Shown here one piece after another: positions 1 through 18,434 of a stretch of DNA of 64,000 nucleotides (position 1 is the first letter of the stretch; the number at the start of each line of letters is the position of its first letter). The notes under the pieces are model-generated. The model was not told where the DNA came from. It did not search any database and saw nothing but the letters and a program-made list of their open reading frames with translations. The DNA is from the human T2T-CHM13v2.0 reference genome, Homo sapiens, in assembly GCF_009914755.1 (NCBI RefSeq), contig NC_060942.1. One strand, written 5' to 3'. The position numbers and the translations under genes were made by a program.

Positions 1-267
<267 letters not shown>

Positions 268-442
268 AAGTTCTTTTTCTTGGTTTTGTTCATGTTCATA
301 TTTCTTTTAAAAAGCACAAAGGAGAGCTTTATTTAGGACTTTATAACTTACTGGTAATAGAACATTAAGAGAATACTGCATGGTGGTGATTTAATAGATT
401 CTGTTTAATGCTTTTGATGTTTACCTAGAGAAAACCAAATCT

Positions 443-733
443 GGCTGGATGCAGTGGCTCACACCTGTAATCTCAGCACTTTGGGAGGCCAAGACTGACA
501 GATCAATTGAGGCCAGGAGTTTGAGACCAGCCTGGGCAACATAGAGAGACCCCGTCTCTACCAAAAATACAAAAAATTAGCCGGGCATGGTGGTGCATGC
601 CTATAGTCCCAGCTACTCAGGAGGCTGAGGCAGGAGAATCACTGAATCCAGGAGACGGAGGCTGCAGTGAGCTGAGATCGTGCCACTGCACTCCAGCCTG
701 TGTGACGGCAAGACTCTGTCGCAAAAAGAAAAA
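443..733 (+). mobile_element. Alu (AluJ-like)
   Basis: Dimer; TSD agaaaaccaaatct at 429-442 and 734-747. Confidence 0.93.
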
Positions 734-1783
734 AGAAAACCAAATCTGATGGTGTAAGTTTCACAGCAGCTAAAAAGACATGGATTCCTGTAGTGTTAAG
801 TAAGAATATGAGAGCAATACTAACCCTAGGCCTCATTCCGGCCCTGACGTAGGTGCTCAATAGATGAGTAAATAAGTATAATATATGTTTAAACTGAATC
901 AACTTCCAGTTTAAAGTGATCGATTAGTCACATGTTGAAATCTCCCTTTCTTGCTCTAAAAACACAGAGATGGTAAGTAAAATTGAAACAACACAGAGCC
1001 AAGTTTGAAAGCAAGAGAGAAATCTCCACATGCAGGAGTGAAGAAAGAACCTATAGCAGTGAGCTTGATTGAAGACAAATGTTCCATGGGTAGACAGGGA
1101 ACAAACACAGTACATGAATACTACTTAGGATCTGAAGTGTTTATTGCTTGCCAGGAGACGGAAACTGAGTTCCCAAGGCCTGTTCAACCTTCAGAATCAA
1201 AACTAGACATATTTTGGGAAGCTGAGAATGGGGAAACACTTTTCTCTCCATAAATGAAGACTGTATCCTCACTGAGGTTGAGACGAGAATTAAACCATCC
1301 ATCCCACACCATAAGTAGAATCCTAAACCTCAACTTGTTTGAATTTGGCTTTGGAATTCTACCTGAGGTATGTAACCATCTAACACAGAAACTAATGTAG
1401 AAACTAGTTTTAGCTTGTAAACTCTCAGGATCTCATATAGAGGCAAACTTAAAACTGCCTCCAAGGGTTGGTTTCCACAACACACAACGTGTATGGGACC
1501 ACCATCAAAGATTGCAAAGTGAGCTTATAGACAAAAATTATGCCATGAAAGAGACTGAAAATTTATATCCAGGCACTAAAGACATTAGCAAAGATCTTTA
1601 AAATAAATATTTAATGAAGCCAGAATTTAAAGTTATGAAGCATGAACTGGTGACCATAAAACAGAACCAAATAGAAATATAGACATAAAATAATTGAAGT
1701 GAAAAGATGGAATATCAGAAATAGATAACTAAAGAGCTATATAAGAAGTTAGGTGGTGGATAAATTGCTTAATTAAGAAATGA

Positions 1784-2124
<341 letters not shown>

Positions 2125-2501
2125 TTAGAAAGGAATGGGAGGGAATACATTTATGAAACAAAAACAACAGAACCAAAGGCTTAGAGGCTGAAAATTTTGG
2201 AACAGGAAGGGAAAACAAAATAAAAACCCTGGACTACGACTAGTAAGCTGAGTGATATTGGACATGTCCATTTCTGTCTCTGGGCTTTATTTTTTTTTCA
2301 TTTAAATTAAGATATTTAAACTAGGTGATGTCTAAGACTCGTGATAACTATAATTGTGATTCAAGGAAAATCTAAGTGTGTACATCTAATTAGAATAAAG
2401 CACTATTTAGGTTTATGTACTTGGTAATATGATACATACTCTAATGCTTTAGGAAGGAAGCTCTATAAAGGGTATCAGGGTCATAACAATGTATTAAATA
2501 G

Positions 2502-3245
2502 TGTGGTATTATACTAAATATATTGATCTTCCTGATTCTGTCACAGAGCTCCTCAAACCCTTGGATTTCCTGAATGATAAGAGTGTCTTTAAAAAAATTT
2601 TTTTTTAAACTGATGCATAATAGATGTACATAGTTTCAGGGTACGTGTGATAATTTAATATATTCATATAATTTGTAAAGATCAAGCCAGTGTATTCTGG
2701 ATATCCATCACTTTCAATATTTGTATTTATACTAGAAACATTCCAGTTCTTCTCTTTTAGCTATTTTTAAATGTACAGTAGATTGTTATAAACTATATTC
2801 ACCTTACTGATCTAACACTAGGTCTTATTCCTTCTGTCAAGTTGTATATTTTTATCCATTAATTCCCTCCCCCCCATGATAGGAGTGTTTTTTGTCATAA
2901 TGATCCCCTTTTGATCACACCTGAGTGTATGCTAGTCACCTGAGGTGACTTAGGGTAGAGCCCCTAGGCAGCCTCAGGGTATGGCTGATCACTAGAAAGA
3001 CCAAGTGATTAGAGGGTTAGAACTTTCAGCCCTATCCATGAGCTTTGGGGAAGGGGGTGCTGGACATTAAGCTCTATAAAACTTTTGAACGACAAGATTT
3101 GCTGAGCTTCTGGGTTGCTGAACACATGGTGCTGGCAGAGTGGCCTGTCCAGAGAGGGCATGGAAACCCTGCATCCCCTTGCCCCCAATGCCTTGCCCTC
3201 TACATCTCTTTATCTGGCTCTTCATCTGTATCCTTTATAATAAAG
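2502..3245 (+). mobile_element. MER21-family LTR fragment interrupted by an L1 3' end
   Basis: Motifs gcccctaggcagcctcaggg, gaaagaccaag, gattagagggtt, gagggcatggaa match the recalled MER21 consensus. Confidence 0.7.
2591..2875 (-). mobile_element. L1MA-type 3' end fragment
   Basis: T-rich start, then aatagatgtacatagtttcagggtacgtgtgataattt; flanked by atgataagagtgtcttt / atgataggagtgttttt. Confidence 0.75.
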
Positions 3246-3339
3246 GGGGATTTTTTGAAGACATATTAGAATAAAGCAATTTATTGTGGATAAGAAGACT
3301 TAAAAATGGGCCATGGTTAAAGACTTGTTAAGCGTTCCT

Positions 3340-5525
<2,186 letters not shown>

Positions 5526-5535
5526 TGGACTTATA

Positions 5536-5842
5536 ATTTTTTTTTTTTTTTTTGAGATGGGGTCTCACTCTGTCATCCAGGCTGGAGTGCAATGGCACAG
5601 TCTCGGCTCACTGCAGCTCTGCCTCGCAGACTCATCCAGTCTTCCCAACTTAGCTAGTACCACAGGTGTACACCACCACACCCAGCTAATTTTATTTTTG
5701 TGTGTGTGGGTTTTTTTTTTTTGGTAGAGATGGAGTTTCACCATATTGACCATGCTGGTCTCGAACTGCTGAACTCAAACAATCTGCCTGCCTCGGCCTC
5801 CCAAAGTGCTGGGATTACAGGGGTGAGCCACTGCACCCGGCC
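5536..5842 (-). mobile_element. Alu
   Basis: Reverse dimer; TSD ggacttataatt / ggacttgtaatt. Confidence 0.9.
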
Positions 5843-5859
5843 TGGACTTGTAATTCTTT

Positions 5860-6460
5860 ATAGTTGCTTTACTTTTTGAAAAAATGTTAATATCTTTAAT
5901 CTGTTTGAAAGGTTTTGCTAACTGTAGTGGCAAATCCTTCTACCTATTCTTTTTCAAAATTTCTTGGATTTTCTCACATGTGCTCTTTCAAATATATATT
6001 TAAGCTGAGTCTAAAGCTCCATAAAGTTCAAGGCTGCAGTGAGCTATGATTGTGCCACTGCACTCTAGCCTGAGCTCAGAATGAGATCTTGTCTCTAAAA
6101 AAATAAAAATGTAAGCTCTGTAAATATTCTTGGAATTTTTGTTGGAATTGCCTTAGAACTGTGGATTGTTTGAGGGGAAACTGAAATGTTTACTGTTGAC
6201 TATTCCCATCCAGAAATGGGTATTTCTATCCATATATTTAGGACTTCTTTATGTCTGTTAGTTTCTGTGTTGGTGTATTCCTAGGTATTTTATAATTTGT
6301 ATTAGTATTGTAAATAGAATCTTTTATCCTATTACATATCTTAACTTATTATTGCTGATATAATCAGCCACTTTGCTGAAGTCTTCTTATTAGTTCTAGT
6401 ATTTTTTTCAGTTGATTGTCTCAGATTTTCTAGGTGGCAGTTATATCATCTGCAGCTTTA
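5860..6460 (-). mobile_element. old L1M ORF2-region fragment containing a 5'-truncated Alu (6027-6110, +)
   Basis: ggaatttttgttggaattg...ttcccatccagaaatggg...tttaggacttcttt resembles antisense L1M. Confidence 0.55.
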
Positions 6461-6565
6461 GACCTTCGTTGTAAATGGGCCCAAAATAATGCTGCTTTTT
6501 TATTCTAAGAAAAACAATTCAGTGGAGTCATGAAGTGAAAAGTATAGCAAAAAATTACTCTTTAA

Positions 6566-6865
<300 letters not shown>

Positions 6866-7993
6866 CACCTTTAAATTTGCTTCAATACTTATTATAAAAT
6901 AATAAGCATAAATATACAGAATAATAGTAATAAAGAGTGTATATGCAAAATTGTAATTTTATGGTATTTTGAACTTAAAGCATCAAGATGGTAGCATAAA
7001 TTAATTTCTAAAAAGAAACCTGAACACTTACTTTTCATCATGGTTATTTCTGCTACACTATTACGGCTATGATAAAAATCCAGCAATGAAAAAGGATGAG
7101 GATAATGATGTAGCACCTGCTTAATGAATAAGACCATTCAGATGAGCAAAATACATAATTTCAATATGTTGTGTTACCTTTCCCCTGAAAAGGCCATCAG
7201 GAATTTGTTAGAGTTTGATGCCTCCCCAGTAGTTAGCCTTGGTAACTGAGGAAGTAATTGGCTTGTGTTTGACTCAAAAAGTTTGTGTAGGCTCAGCTAC
7301 TGGTTATTTTTCTGTCTTACTGTCTTTTGAACAGCTCAGATATTTCTTAAAAGGGTCTCAAATCTCCTACGTGTGATTTTGTAGTTTTGTTCTACTGACA
7401 GAACATATTCAGAAATTAAATCATTTTTTTAACAATACATTGAAGATTTTCTACTGCTGCCTTTTCCTCTTACTCTTTCTGCTCTTCCCATTTTCTACAT
7501 TCTTTGTCAGTGTTTTCTTAAGGCCCACAATTAATTCTTAAATTTCTTCTTTGAAGCTGTGAACAAAACCATCCCTACTATCTTGGCCTGGCTACCTGTA
7601 CAGTGTTTTCCACTTTTTTGACAAAGAACAGGAAACCTTTTAAATCATTCAGACATTCTTTTCATTTATGTCCTTCATGCTTTAATTATTTACAGTTTAA
7701 TTACATCTATGACTATTTAATATGAGTGAAACATTCTTGGCAATGTTGAAGGTCTTCTAACCCTGACTGCGTCATATTTAATATCAGGCTTACCATCCAT
7801 ACATGGATGTGTTGATGAAACTCTAAGCCTCATACAAGTGGTCTTGAAACATCAAATCACACTTGATTTCAAAGGTTGATGGATGGAAGTGGTATGGGAG
7901 GCAGAAAACAACTTCAGCAAAGTTACTTGCAAACTGGAGTGTTTCAGTGTCCAGGAATAAATGATCAAGCAACACATTTAAAACATCCCTTTT

Positions 7994-8684
<691 letters not shown>

Positions 8685-9480
8685 TTATGTAAATGGTTTT
8701 GCTGCCCCTTCACACATATCATGGATTTCTCCACAAATAGAAATCCATTTTAAAAAACTTCACAGCATAATAATTACAATGATTTGTAATGTTTAAAGAA
8801 ATAAATAAGCATTTCAAATTCTGATTTTTGGTGAGATAATTGGTAAGTAGAAGACTATTATCACTAAATATTTTAGATTTAATGTATAGTTTTCTCTTTA
8901 AAAATGTCCATGTTTATGATGGATGCAATTATTTTATACATTATTTTATATAAAGTAATTACAATTTATATGTTTTCTAGCCAATTTATATGATTTGTTT
9001 ATATTAAATAACAGGTTTTCTAAGACAAAAAATTCTAGTACGTTAAATTTAAACATTAAACATAGTCCATTAAAATTCTAGGTCTAGATTAAGAATCAGG
9101 ATAGTTTTTCTTCCTCTGTGTCTCTGCTTTCTTATTATTTACTTTTCCACCTTCAAGCTAAACTCTCACTCATTAAAATGGAACTCACTTTGCTATTTAC
9201 TATGTTACCTCTTAATGTGTTTCTGTTACAAGTGGGAGATGCATACCTTGCCACACTTGTGTGACTAGAAAGAGGTTAAATGTTTTTTGCAGTGTCTGAT
9301 ACATAGTAGGTGGTACTTAAAGAGTAGCAGTGATTATTTCCCAAGAACATAAGAGTGTTATCAGAAAAAGTAAGTTTTCACCTTCGCCTCTTGTTACCTT
9401 TTTAAAACTGTTGCAGCCTGTGGAAACATAAATGTGTTTTGAAAACTGATACCCGATGGACATGAAGGCCTATAATATGA

Positions 9481-9678
<198 letters not shown>

Positions 9679-11151
9679 TAAAGTTTGATATATTTAAGAC
9701 TGATAAGGTGTGACATATTTTTGTAGCTTTATGCTAAGGTTGTTCAGAGATAGTTGTTTACATGAAATTTTCACGCTTCTCCACATGGCAAAATCGTGGT
9801 TGCTTTATACCTCCTCAATTTCATCCTCATGACTTTTACCACCAGAAAAGGATTGACTTTGATTCCTAGTTCTAGCTTTAAAAAATAAAAAATAAAAAAT
9901 CCCAGAATAGTGCTTTGGCCAGGACTTTGGGCCACATGTGAGATATTTACATTTCCCCAGCTCATATCAGGTACTCACCCTGAGCTAATCAGTTAGGCCC
10001 TTGGAAAGTAGGGTCAAAATTGTGAAATGAACCTTTATGTAAAGTCCACATCACCCCACCTCCACTTATCTTTTTGGACACAAACCATTGCACACAAAAA
10101 ATTGTGCCCATTAATTAGAATGATTAGATGACTGCTTCAAAATAGAGAGACTCCTGGCTCTTTATTGTACTCTTGTGACAAAAGTGACGTGCAATATTGA
10201 GATCCAGTCATTACTTCATCCTTCATCTATGTTTGGATCGGTGGACAAGTGCCTGCCTGTTTTTTAGTGGCAATATTAAATAGTAAGTAAAAGTTCTGGG
10301 AAGAGATTTTTTTTACAAGAAGCTTGCAAGAGGATACATTGAGTTTATTGCAATATATGAAATTTACCTTTTGGGGAAAGGTAAATTCAAATGAAAAGTG
10401 TGACTTATTTTAAAAGAACAGTCATAAAAAACTTGCCAGTCCCGTTTGTTTCCCACTATCAGGGAAAATAGTTAATTGTTAATTGTTATCCTATGATAAG
10501 TTTTGAGGGGTTTCAGGCCTACAAAGGGGAATTTGACCATGGGTCACACAGAGCACCTCACCTTTGTATTCTTGGTACATGACACAGAATGAGTTCAGCA
10601 AGCAGTTAGTGTGTTAAATGAAGCTTAATGAAGGATATTCTGATCTTCTCTTGTTTGTGCCTGACCTCTCCAAATCTCATTTGCTCTTTAAGATGCACCT
10701 CATTTCAAATCCAGTTCTCCTGTAGAACCTTTTTACACCACCATGGACTGGAGTAATTACTCCCTTCTCTGAAACCCCATAGCAGTTTCTTCCTGTTCCT
10801 GTGGCAAGTAATCAATAGGTGTTGCTTTGTGCTTCTTTTCATGGTTTAAGCTGTTATTGAAGTCATTGATGGTAGTTACATTTTCCTGAGTTTATATCTT
10901 CTTGACTATATTTCGGGTTCCTTTTGGGCAGGGACCATTCAAATACTTCTGTGTATCTTTTACAGTGCTATGGGCGCATTTGATAAATATATTGGTTTTA
11001 TATTTTATACTTATGGAAATAATTTATTTAAAACCTACTCTGGGGACTTAGAGATTATAAGAAATTTATAAAGTACATTGAGTGTCAAACAAGTTTGCAG
11101 ATGGAGCATAGTCTAAGTGCATTACCATACTTCCCTAAAGAAAATAATGTC

Positions 11152-11600
11152 GGCCAGGCACAGTGGCTCACTCCTGTAATCCCAGCACCTTGGGAGGCTG
11201 AGGCAGGCGGATCACCTGAGGTCAGGAGTTCAAGACCAGCCTGACCAACATGGAGAAACTTCGTCTCTACTAAAAATACAAAATTAGGCCGGACATGGTG
11301 GCTTATGCCTGTAATCCCAGCACTTTGGGAGGCTGAGGTGGGCGGATCACCTGAGGTTGGGAGTTCGAGACCAGCCTGACCAACACGGAGAAACCCCATC
11401 TCTACTAAAAATACATAATTAGCTGAGTGTGGTGGAGCATGCCTATAAACCCAGCTACTTGGGAGGCTGAGGCAGGAGAATCGTTTGAACCCGGAAGTGG
11501 AGAGTGCGGTGAGCCGAGATCGTGCCATTGCATGCCATCCTGGGCAAGAAGAGCGAAACTCCATCTCAAAAAAAAAAAGAAAAAGAAAAAGAAAAAAAAG
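11152..11600 (+). mobile_element. three-arm Alu (left + left + right, AluSp-like)
   Basis: Left arm 11152-11286 then full Alu; flanked by aaaataatgtc / aaaagaatgtc. Confidence 0.9.
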
Positions 11601-12132
11601 AATGTCTAACATTCTGGCCTTCTGAAATCCCTAAGATTGAATAGCATCTATATGGTCACATCATTGAAGGACCACTTCTGGAAACCCCTTAAACATCAGG
11701 AAGAGTTTATTTTTGTTTAAAGAACATAGACCAGTGATTCCCAATTCATGGGTTATAGACTCCTCAGGAACTTACCATGTAAAGAAATCTCGTTTGTGCT
11801 TCAAATATTGTATACTTAATAACTTTTCACATTTTTGTAAATATTATCTTTAAGGATATGTTGCTGCTGTAATTAATAAAATAGTAATTAAAGGCAGTAT
11901 TGAATTCTGAATCTTCTTAAATGTATGTCTGTAATCACTGTATACTCAAGGTATACCTGCTCTTTGTTTATAAAACTTTTTTATTGTGGTAAAGGAAGCA
12001 TAATATAAAATTGACAATTTTAACTATTTAAAAGTATACAATTCAGTGACATTAAATTTATTTAGTGTTGTGCAACCATCACCACTATCTAGTTCCAGAA
12101 CTTTTTTATTATCCCAAGTAGAAACCTAGTAT

Positions 12133-12440
12133 TATTTCATTTTATTTTATTTTTTTGAGACAGGTTCTCACTCTGTTGCCCAGGCTGGAGTGCAATGACA
12201 CTATCATGGCTTACTGCAGCCTTGACCTCCCCGGGCTCAGGTGATTTTCCCATCTCACCTTCCCGAGTAGCTGAGACTACAGGCACGTGCCACTACACCT
12301 GGCTACTTTTTGTATTTTTTTGTAGAGACGAGGTCTTGCCATGTTGTCTATGCTGGTTTTGAACTCCTGGGCTCAAGTGATCCGCCTGCCTTGGCCTCCT
12401 AAACTGTTGGGATTACAGGCATGAGCCACCACACCTGGCC
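12133..12440 (-). mobile_element. Alu (AluJ-like)
   Basis: Reverse dimer. Confidence 0.9.
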
Positions 12441-12719
12441 AAAATTTCTTACACTTTAAAAGGTGGGACACCATTATGCTAGGTTATAAGCAGGAGTTTA
12501 GGTGCTAATTTGGGCTTTACCATTTACTAGCCATGAAACTTTGGCAAACCCTTCAACTTCTCTAGGCCTTAGTTTTTTTCATGTAAATTATATAGGTAAT
12601 AGCATTTGGAAACATTTAAAGGGCTATACAAGTATAAAATTGGATTTCTCCTTTTCTCCCCATGCTCATTTGGCTAACTTTTCTCATAATTTTCTGAAAT
12701 TCAGCTCTGCATCCTTTCC

Positions 12720-13377
12720 CACACAGCAGAAGGTGAGCAGTGGTTGAGCAAGTGAATCTTCATCTGTATTTACAGCCACTCCTCATGGCTTGCATTACCG
12801 CCTGTGCTCTGCCTCCTGTCAGAGGAGTGCAAACCCTATTGTGAACTGCGCATGCAAGGGATCTAGGTTGCACACTAATTATGAGAATCTAATGCCTGAT
12901 GATCTGAGGTGGCACAGTTTCATCCTGAAACCATTCCCTACCCCCTGAAATAGAGTCAACAAGATAAAAACTCATGAAAATGTAACTATCATCAATGACT
13001 TCAATAACAACTAAGACATGAAAAGAAAAATTGTCTTCAGCTGGCTGTGGTGGCTCACACCTGTAGTCCCAGCACTTTGGGAGGCTGAGGTGGATTGCTT
13101 GGGGTCAAGAGTTTGAGACCAGCCTGGCCTGGTCTCTACCAGCCTGAACTCGTCTCTACCAAAAATATAAAAAAATTAGCCAAGCACTGTGGTGCATGCC
13201 TATAGTTTCAGCTACTCAGGAGGCTGAGGTGGGAGGATCACTTGAGCCCAGGAGGTGGAGGTTGCAGTGAGATCGTGCCACTGCACTGCAGCTTGGGTGG
13301 CAGAGTGAGCCCCTGTCTCAAAAAAAATTGTCTTCCATGAAACTGGTCACTGGTGCCAAAGAGGATGGGGACCACTG
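12720..13377 (+). mobile_element. MER1 (hAT-Charlie) DNA transposon, 5'-truncated and interrupted
   Basis: cacagcagaaggtgagc...aaccctattgtgaactgcgcatgcaagggatctaggttg...ggtgccaaagaggatggggaccactg. Confidence 0.85.
13039..13327 (+). mobile_element. Alu (AluJ-like) inside MER1
   Basis: TSD aaaaattgtcttc on both sides. Confidence 0.9.
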
Positions 13378-13915
13378 CTCTAGGAAGTTTTCAGTGACCC
13401 TTTTTCCTAATTCCTCACCACACTGGGTGAGTTACTCCCCTGTCCTTTGAGCATTCTTGTGCTCACTTCTGTCAATACCATGTATCATACTCAGTTGGAA
13501 TTATCTCATTCCTCCATTGAGGACAATGACCATATCTTAGTCTGTATCCTCATTATCTTACCCCACAGTACTTAGCACACACAGAGCCTCAGTACATGCT
13601 GGGTAGATGGATGAATGCATAAACAGATGAGCAAATAGGAAAACAAAATCTGACGTGATTGGTGCTCGGAGTTTCACAGATAATTAAACATAGGTTTTGT
13701 TTCCAGAAAATAAGTTTGGATTAGATAGGAGTTTTGTTACCTACTCTTGTAAAACAAGTTAGGAAATACCCCTATTCACACCTCTTTTCCCCATGTACTG
13801 ATTTATGTGTTTTCTTATCATTTTTTGAGCAAGTGAAGCTTCATCTGTATTTACAGCCACTCCTCATGGCTTGCATTACAAAGCCCATTTCATCTTACAA
13901 AGTCTTAAAAATTGA

Positions 13916-14285
<370 letters not shown>

Positions 14286-14325
14286 AAGAACAATTTTAAA
14301 TTACATTAAAAAGTTTTCAGTTGAG

Positions 14326-14680
14326 TGATATGATTTGGCTCTGCATCACCACCCAAATCTCATCTTGAATTTTAATAATTACCACGTGTCAAAGGTAGGA
14401 CCAGGTGGAGGTAACTGAATCGTGGGGGTGGTTTCCCCCATGCTGTTCTTGTGATAGTGAGTGAGTTCTCACAAGATCTGGTGGCTTTATAAGGGACTTC
14501 CCCCTTCGCTCAGCACTCATTCTCTCTCCTGCCACCCTGGGTAGAGGGGCCTTCTACCATAATTGTAAGTTTCCTGAGGTCTCCCCAGCCATGTGGAACT
14601 GTGAGTCAGTTAAACCTCTTTTCTTATAAATTACTCAGTCTTGGTATTTCGTCATAGCAGCATGAGAATGGGCTAATACA
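14326..14680 (+). mobile_element. THE1 (MaLR) solo LTR
   Basis: tgatatgatttggctctg...acccaaatctcatcttgaatt...gggctaataca; TG...CA ends; 5-bp TSD ttgag/atgag. Confidence 0.9.
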
Positions 14681-16110
14681 ATGAGTATATTTTATTTCAA
14701 ATTTATGTATTAACACCTAATTTCTGTACCAAAACAACATAAGCCATAGAACATGTGATGTGAATAATTGTGGATTTGTGATGAACAGAGCTTGCCACTT
14801 AGTTATAATTTGCCCTTTTAGTGCAATTTCATCTCAATTAACACATTTTCAGAAGTCTAAACAAGCATTTGAGTGCTAGTGAGGCACTGGCTACATAGCG
14901 CCTATCCGTATTGAGGTTAAGGGAATGCATTTTATCTCCTGCTTATAAATGTGTGTAAATGGATTCTATCTCCTGAATCGTTTGCCTTCTATCTTACATT
15001 TCTCATTACAAACGTAAATCAGTATTAAAGAGTCTGATTTGTATTAAAGAGTTGTTTTAGTCTTAGATTATTTCTGTTACTCTCAGGATATGTCTTATAT
15101 TAGATTGTACAAGGCTTAAAGATACAGATAAAATGTGCTTTAAAGTATGAAATGAGTACCAGAAAATAAATATTTGGTTGAATCAGAGAGATGAGAAAAT
15201 ATATAACAAATGAATTGGCTATTCATTTTTAGTGTGGATTTAAAGCTTTTAGAGGTAGATATAAGTGATACTTTCTTTTACACTGTAATAATGCTTCCAT
15301 AGGGTAGAGTGCTCAAACAAGAAATTTGGGAAGGATTCAGGCTGAGGTCTATTATGATTACAACAGTAAAAGTGTACAATTGTTTGATTACAAGGTGAGC
15401 CAACTCTAAACTATGTACATAGCCTCCGACCCTCAATTTTGTTTTTCACTTTTGTTCTTCCTGCCTCTGTGTTGGCTGCCTTAGCAAGAGAGATGCCAAC
15501 ATTTTTATTGATGACCCAGTGGGCTAAAGGTATAGGAGTCCTTCTGAAATTTTTTTAAAAAAACACCTGAACACTATTGATATAACCTAGTAATTCTCAA
15601 GTAACTCCTGCTATCTACGTTTTTTTCTTTTTCTAGTTCCTCCCGTAATACTACTAAACATCTCTTTTAAACCAAGTATTCTTTTCAAGATGTAAGATTG
15701 TGAAGAGATTTTACTACAGATTCTTAATTTATTTCAGCCAAATTCAAATATCCTAATGGACTCTATTTAGAATAATGAACCATAGATTGCCAGAACTAAA
15801 AGAGCTAAGTACATAGTAAATACCTATGCAAACCATTAACTTAATTCGAGAAGGAGTGTTAAAGAAGAGAATCAATAACTCCTTTATTTTGTAGATTCCA
15901 TCCCTAAGATTTAAGGACATGCTCAAGCTTTGTATCTGGAACTCTGGTTTTCTGGTTATTAGTTCTCTGAGGGTTTTGTTAATTTATTTGTTTATATTTT
16001 AACTTCTCCCGGCTAGTTCTTTAATAAATTTAGAATTTTCTTCTGGTTATTTACACAAATAATATGACTAATAAAAGATTTAAAAATCACATTGCTATTA
16101 TTCTATCACC

Positions 16111-16400
16111 TTTTTTGGTGAGACAGAGATTTACTCTTGTTGCCCAGGCTGGAGTGCAATAGTGCGATTTTGGCTCACCACATCCTCCGCTCCCAGGTTC
16201 AAGCGATTCTCCTGCCTCAGCATCCCAAGTAGCTGGGATTACAGGCATGTGCCACCACGCCTGGCTAATTTTGTATTTTTGGTAGAGACGGGGTTTCAGC
16301 GTGTTGTCCAGGCTGATCTCGAACTCCTGACCTCAGGTGATCCACTCGCCTCAGCCTCCCAAAGTGCTGGGATTACAGGCGTGAGCCACTGTGCCTGGCC
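16111..16400 (-). mobile_element. Alu (AluS-like)
   Basis: Reverse dimer; flanked by tctatca repeats. Confidence 0.9.
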
Positions 16401-17162
16401 TCTATCATCTATTTTTATTTGGCCATGATTCTCTTAAAAGTATACTTACTTTTAAGATTATAACATATACTTTTATATGCAATTTTACCACTGGGAAAAG
16501 TATACTATAAATATATCTCTAAAATGTTTGATAAGCTGTATAATAAATATATGGGTGCATAATAGTGTAGTAGCCTTTGGATTTGGAATTCCAGTGGCTG
16601 ATGAGACTCCCAGCTTTGCACCTTTACTGGCCCCCTAGCATGTTTACCTGAATGTTCAAGTGTCTGTTTAAGAGATTTGTGTCAATATTGACTCGTGGAG
16701 AAACTGCATGTGCCTAAAGTAAAATAGTTCAGGGTCTTTCAGGATCAGCTGGAGGAAGTACACCTCTGCTATGTAAATTGGGAGGGAGGGAATTGCTGTT
16801 GCATAGATGAGAAAAAGGGAGACTTGGGAGAAGTGGCAAAGGGAGATGGAGAAAGTAGGAGAAGAGTAGATAAGAGGATGATCATTTCTGCTTAATACTA
16901 AACTAACCAGGCCATTCATTTTAAACTAATGTCATCAACACAGGCTTGCTTCACTTATTAACACCAGCCTAGCAAATTTAAGAACTTAATCAACTGTTAA
17001 CATAAATATCTATACATAAAATTATTTAATCATTTTATTTTTTACTCTGCATTATAAATAAATCACTTTTGAGTGTCCCTTAAATCTAAATAGGAAATAG
17101 GCAGTGCAGCCTTGTGTAGTCAACTCCATTTATCTTTGGCAATAAGGATAGGCAAAGCATAC

Positions 17163-17452
17163 TTTTTTTTTTGAGACAGGATCTTACTTTGTCACCCAGG
17201 CAGAAGTATAGTGGCACAGTCATGGCTCCCTGCAGCCTCGACCTTCCAGGCTTAGGAGATCCTCCCACCTCAGCCTCTGAGTACCTGGTACTACAGGCAT
17301 GTGCCACCACACCTGGCTAATTTTTGTATTTTTGTAGAGATGAGGTTTCACCATGCTGCCCTAGCTGGTCTCAAACTCCTGGGCTCAAGCAATCTATCCG
17401 CGCTGGCATCCCAAAATGCTTGGATTACAGGCATGAACCACTGTGCCTGGCC
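17163..17452 (-). mobile_element. Alu (AluJ-like)
   Basis: Reverse dimer; flanked by caaagca repeats. Confidence 0.9.
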
Positions 17453-17859
17453 CAAAGCACTTCTAAATGAACTGCATAGTTCATTTAAACATACGTTTTA
17501 GCCTTTTCCTTTACCCTTTTGCTAGAGTTGGAAAAAAAGACGCAAGAGTGACAGTTTTGGTTTTACCTTCTTTGTATTTCCCAGCCTTCAATAAAATCAT
17601 ACAAGGAGAAACATGAGACACATGTTTATTATTGTCTAGCGTCTCCTCCATTATTGAAAGTGGGTATTAAAGTCTCCAACTTGTTGAATTGTCTTTCTTC
17701 AATTCTGTTAGCTCTGCTTCATGTATTCTGGACCTCTGTTGTTAGGTATGTCTATATTTATAATAGTTATATCTTCATAATAGATTCACCCTTTCATCAT
17801 TGTAAAATGTCCTCTGTAGTAGCAGCATTCATTTTAAAGTCTGTTTTGTCTATTGTTAG

Positions 17860-18434
<575 letters not shown>

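Noticed and set aside
11085-11612. 175-aa ORF and the many similar ORFs ([31 protein letters not shown])
   Set aside because: Translations of Alu sequence; no independent evidence of coding function.
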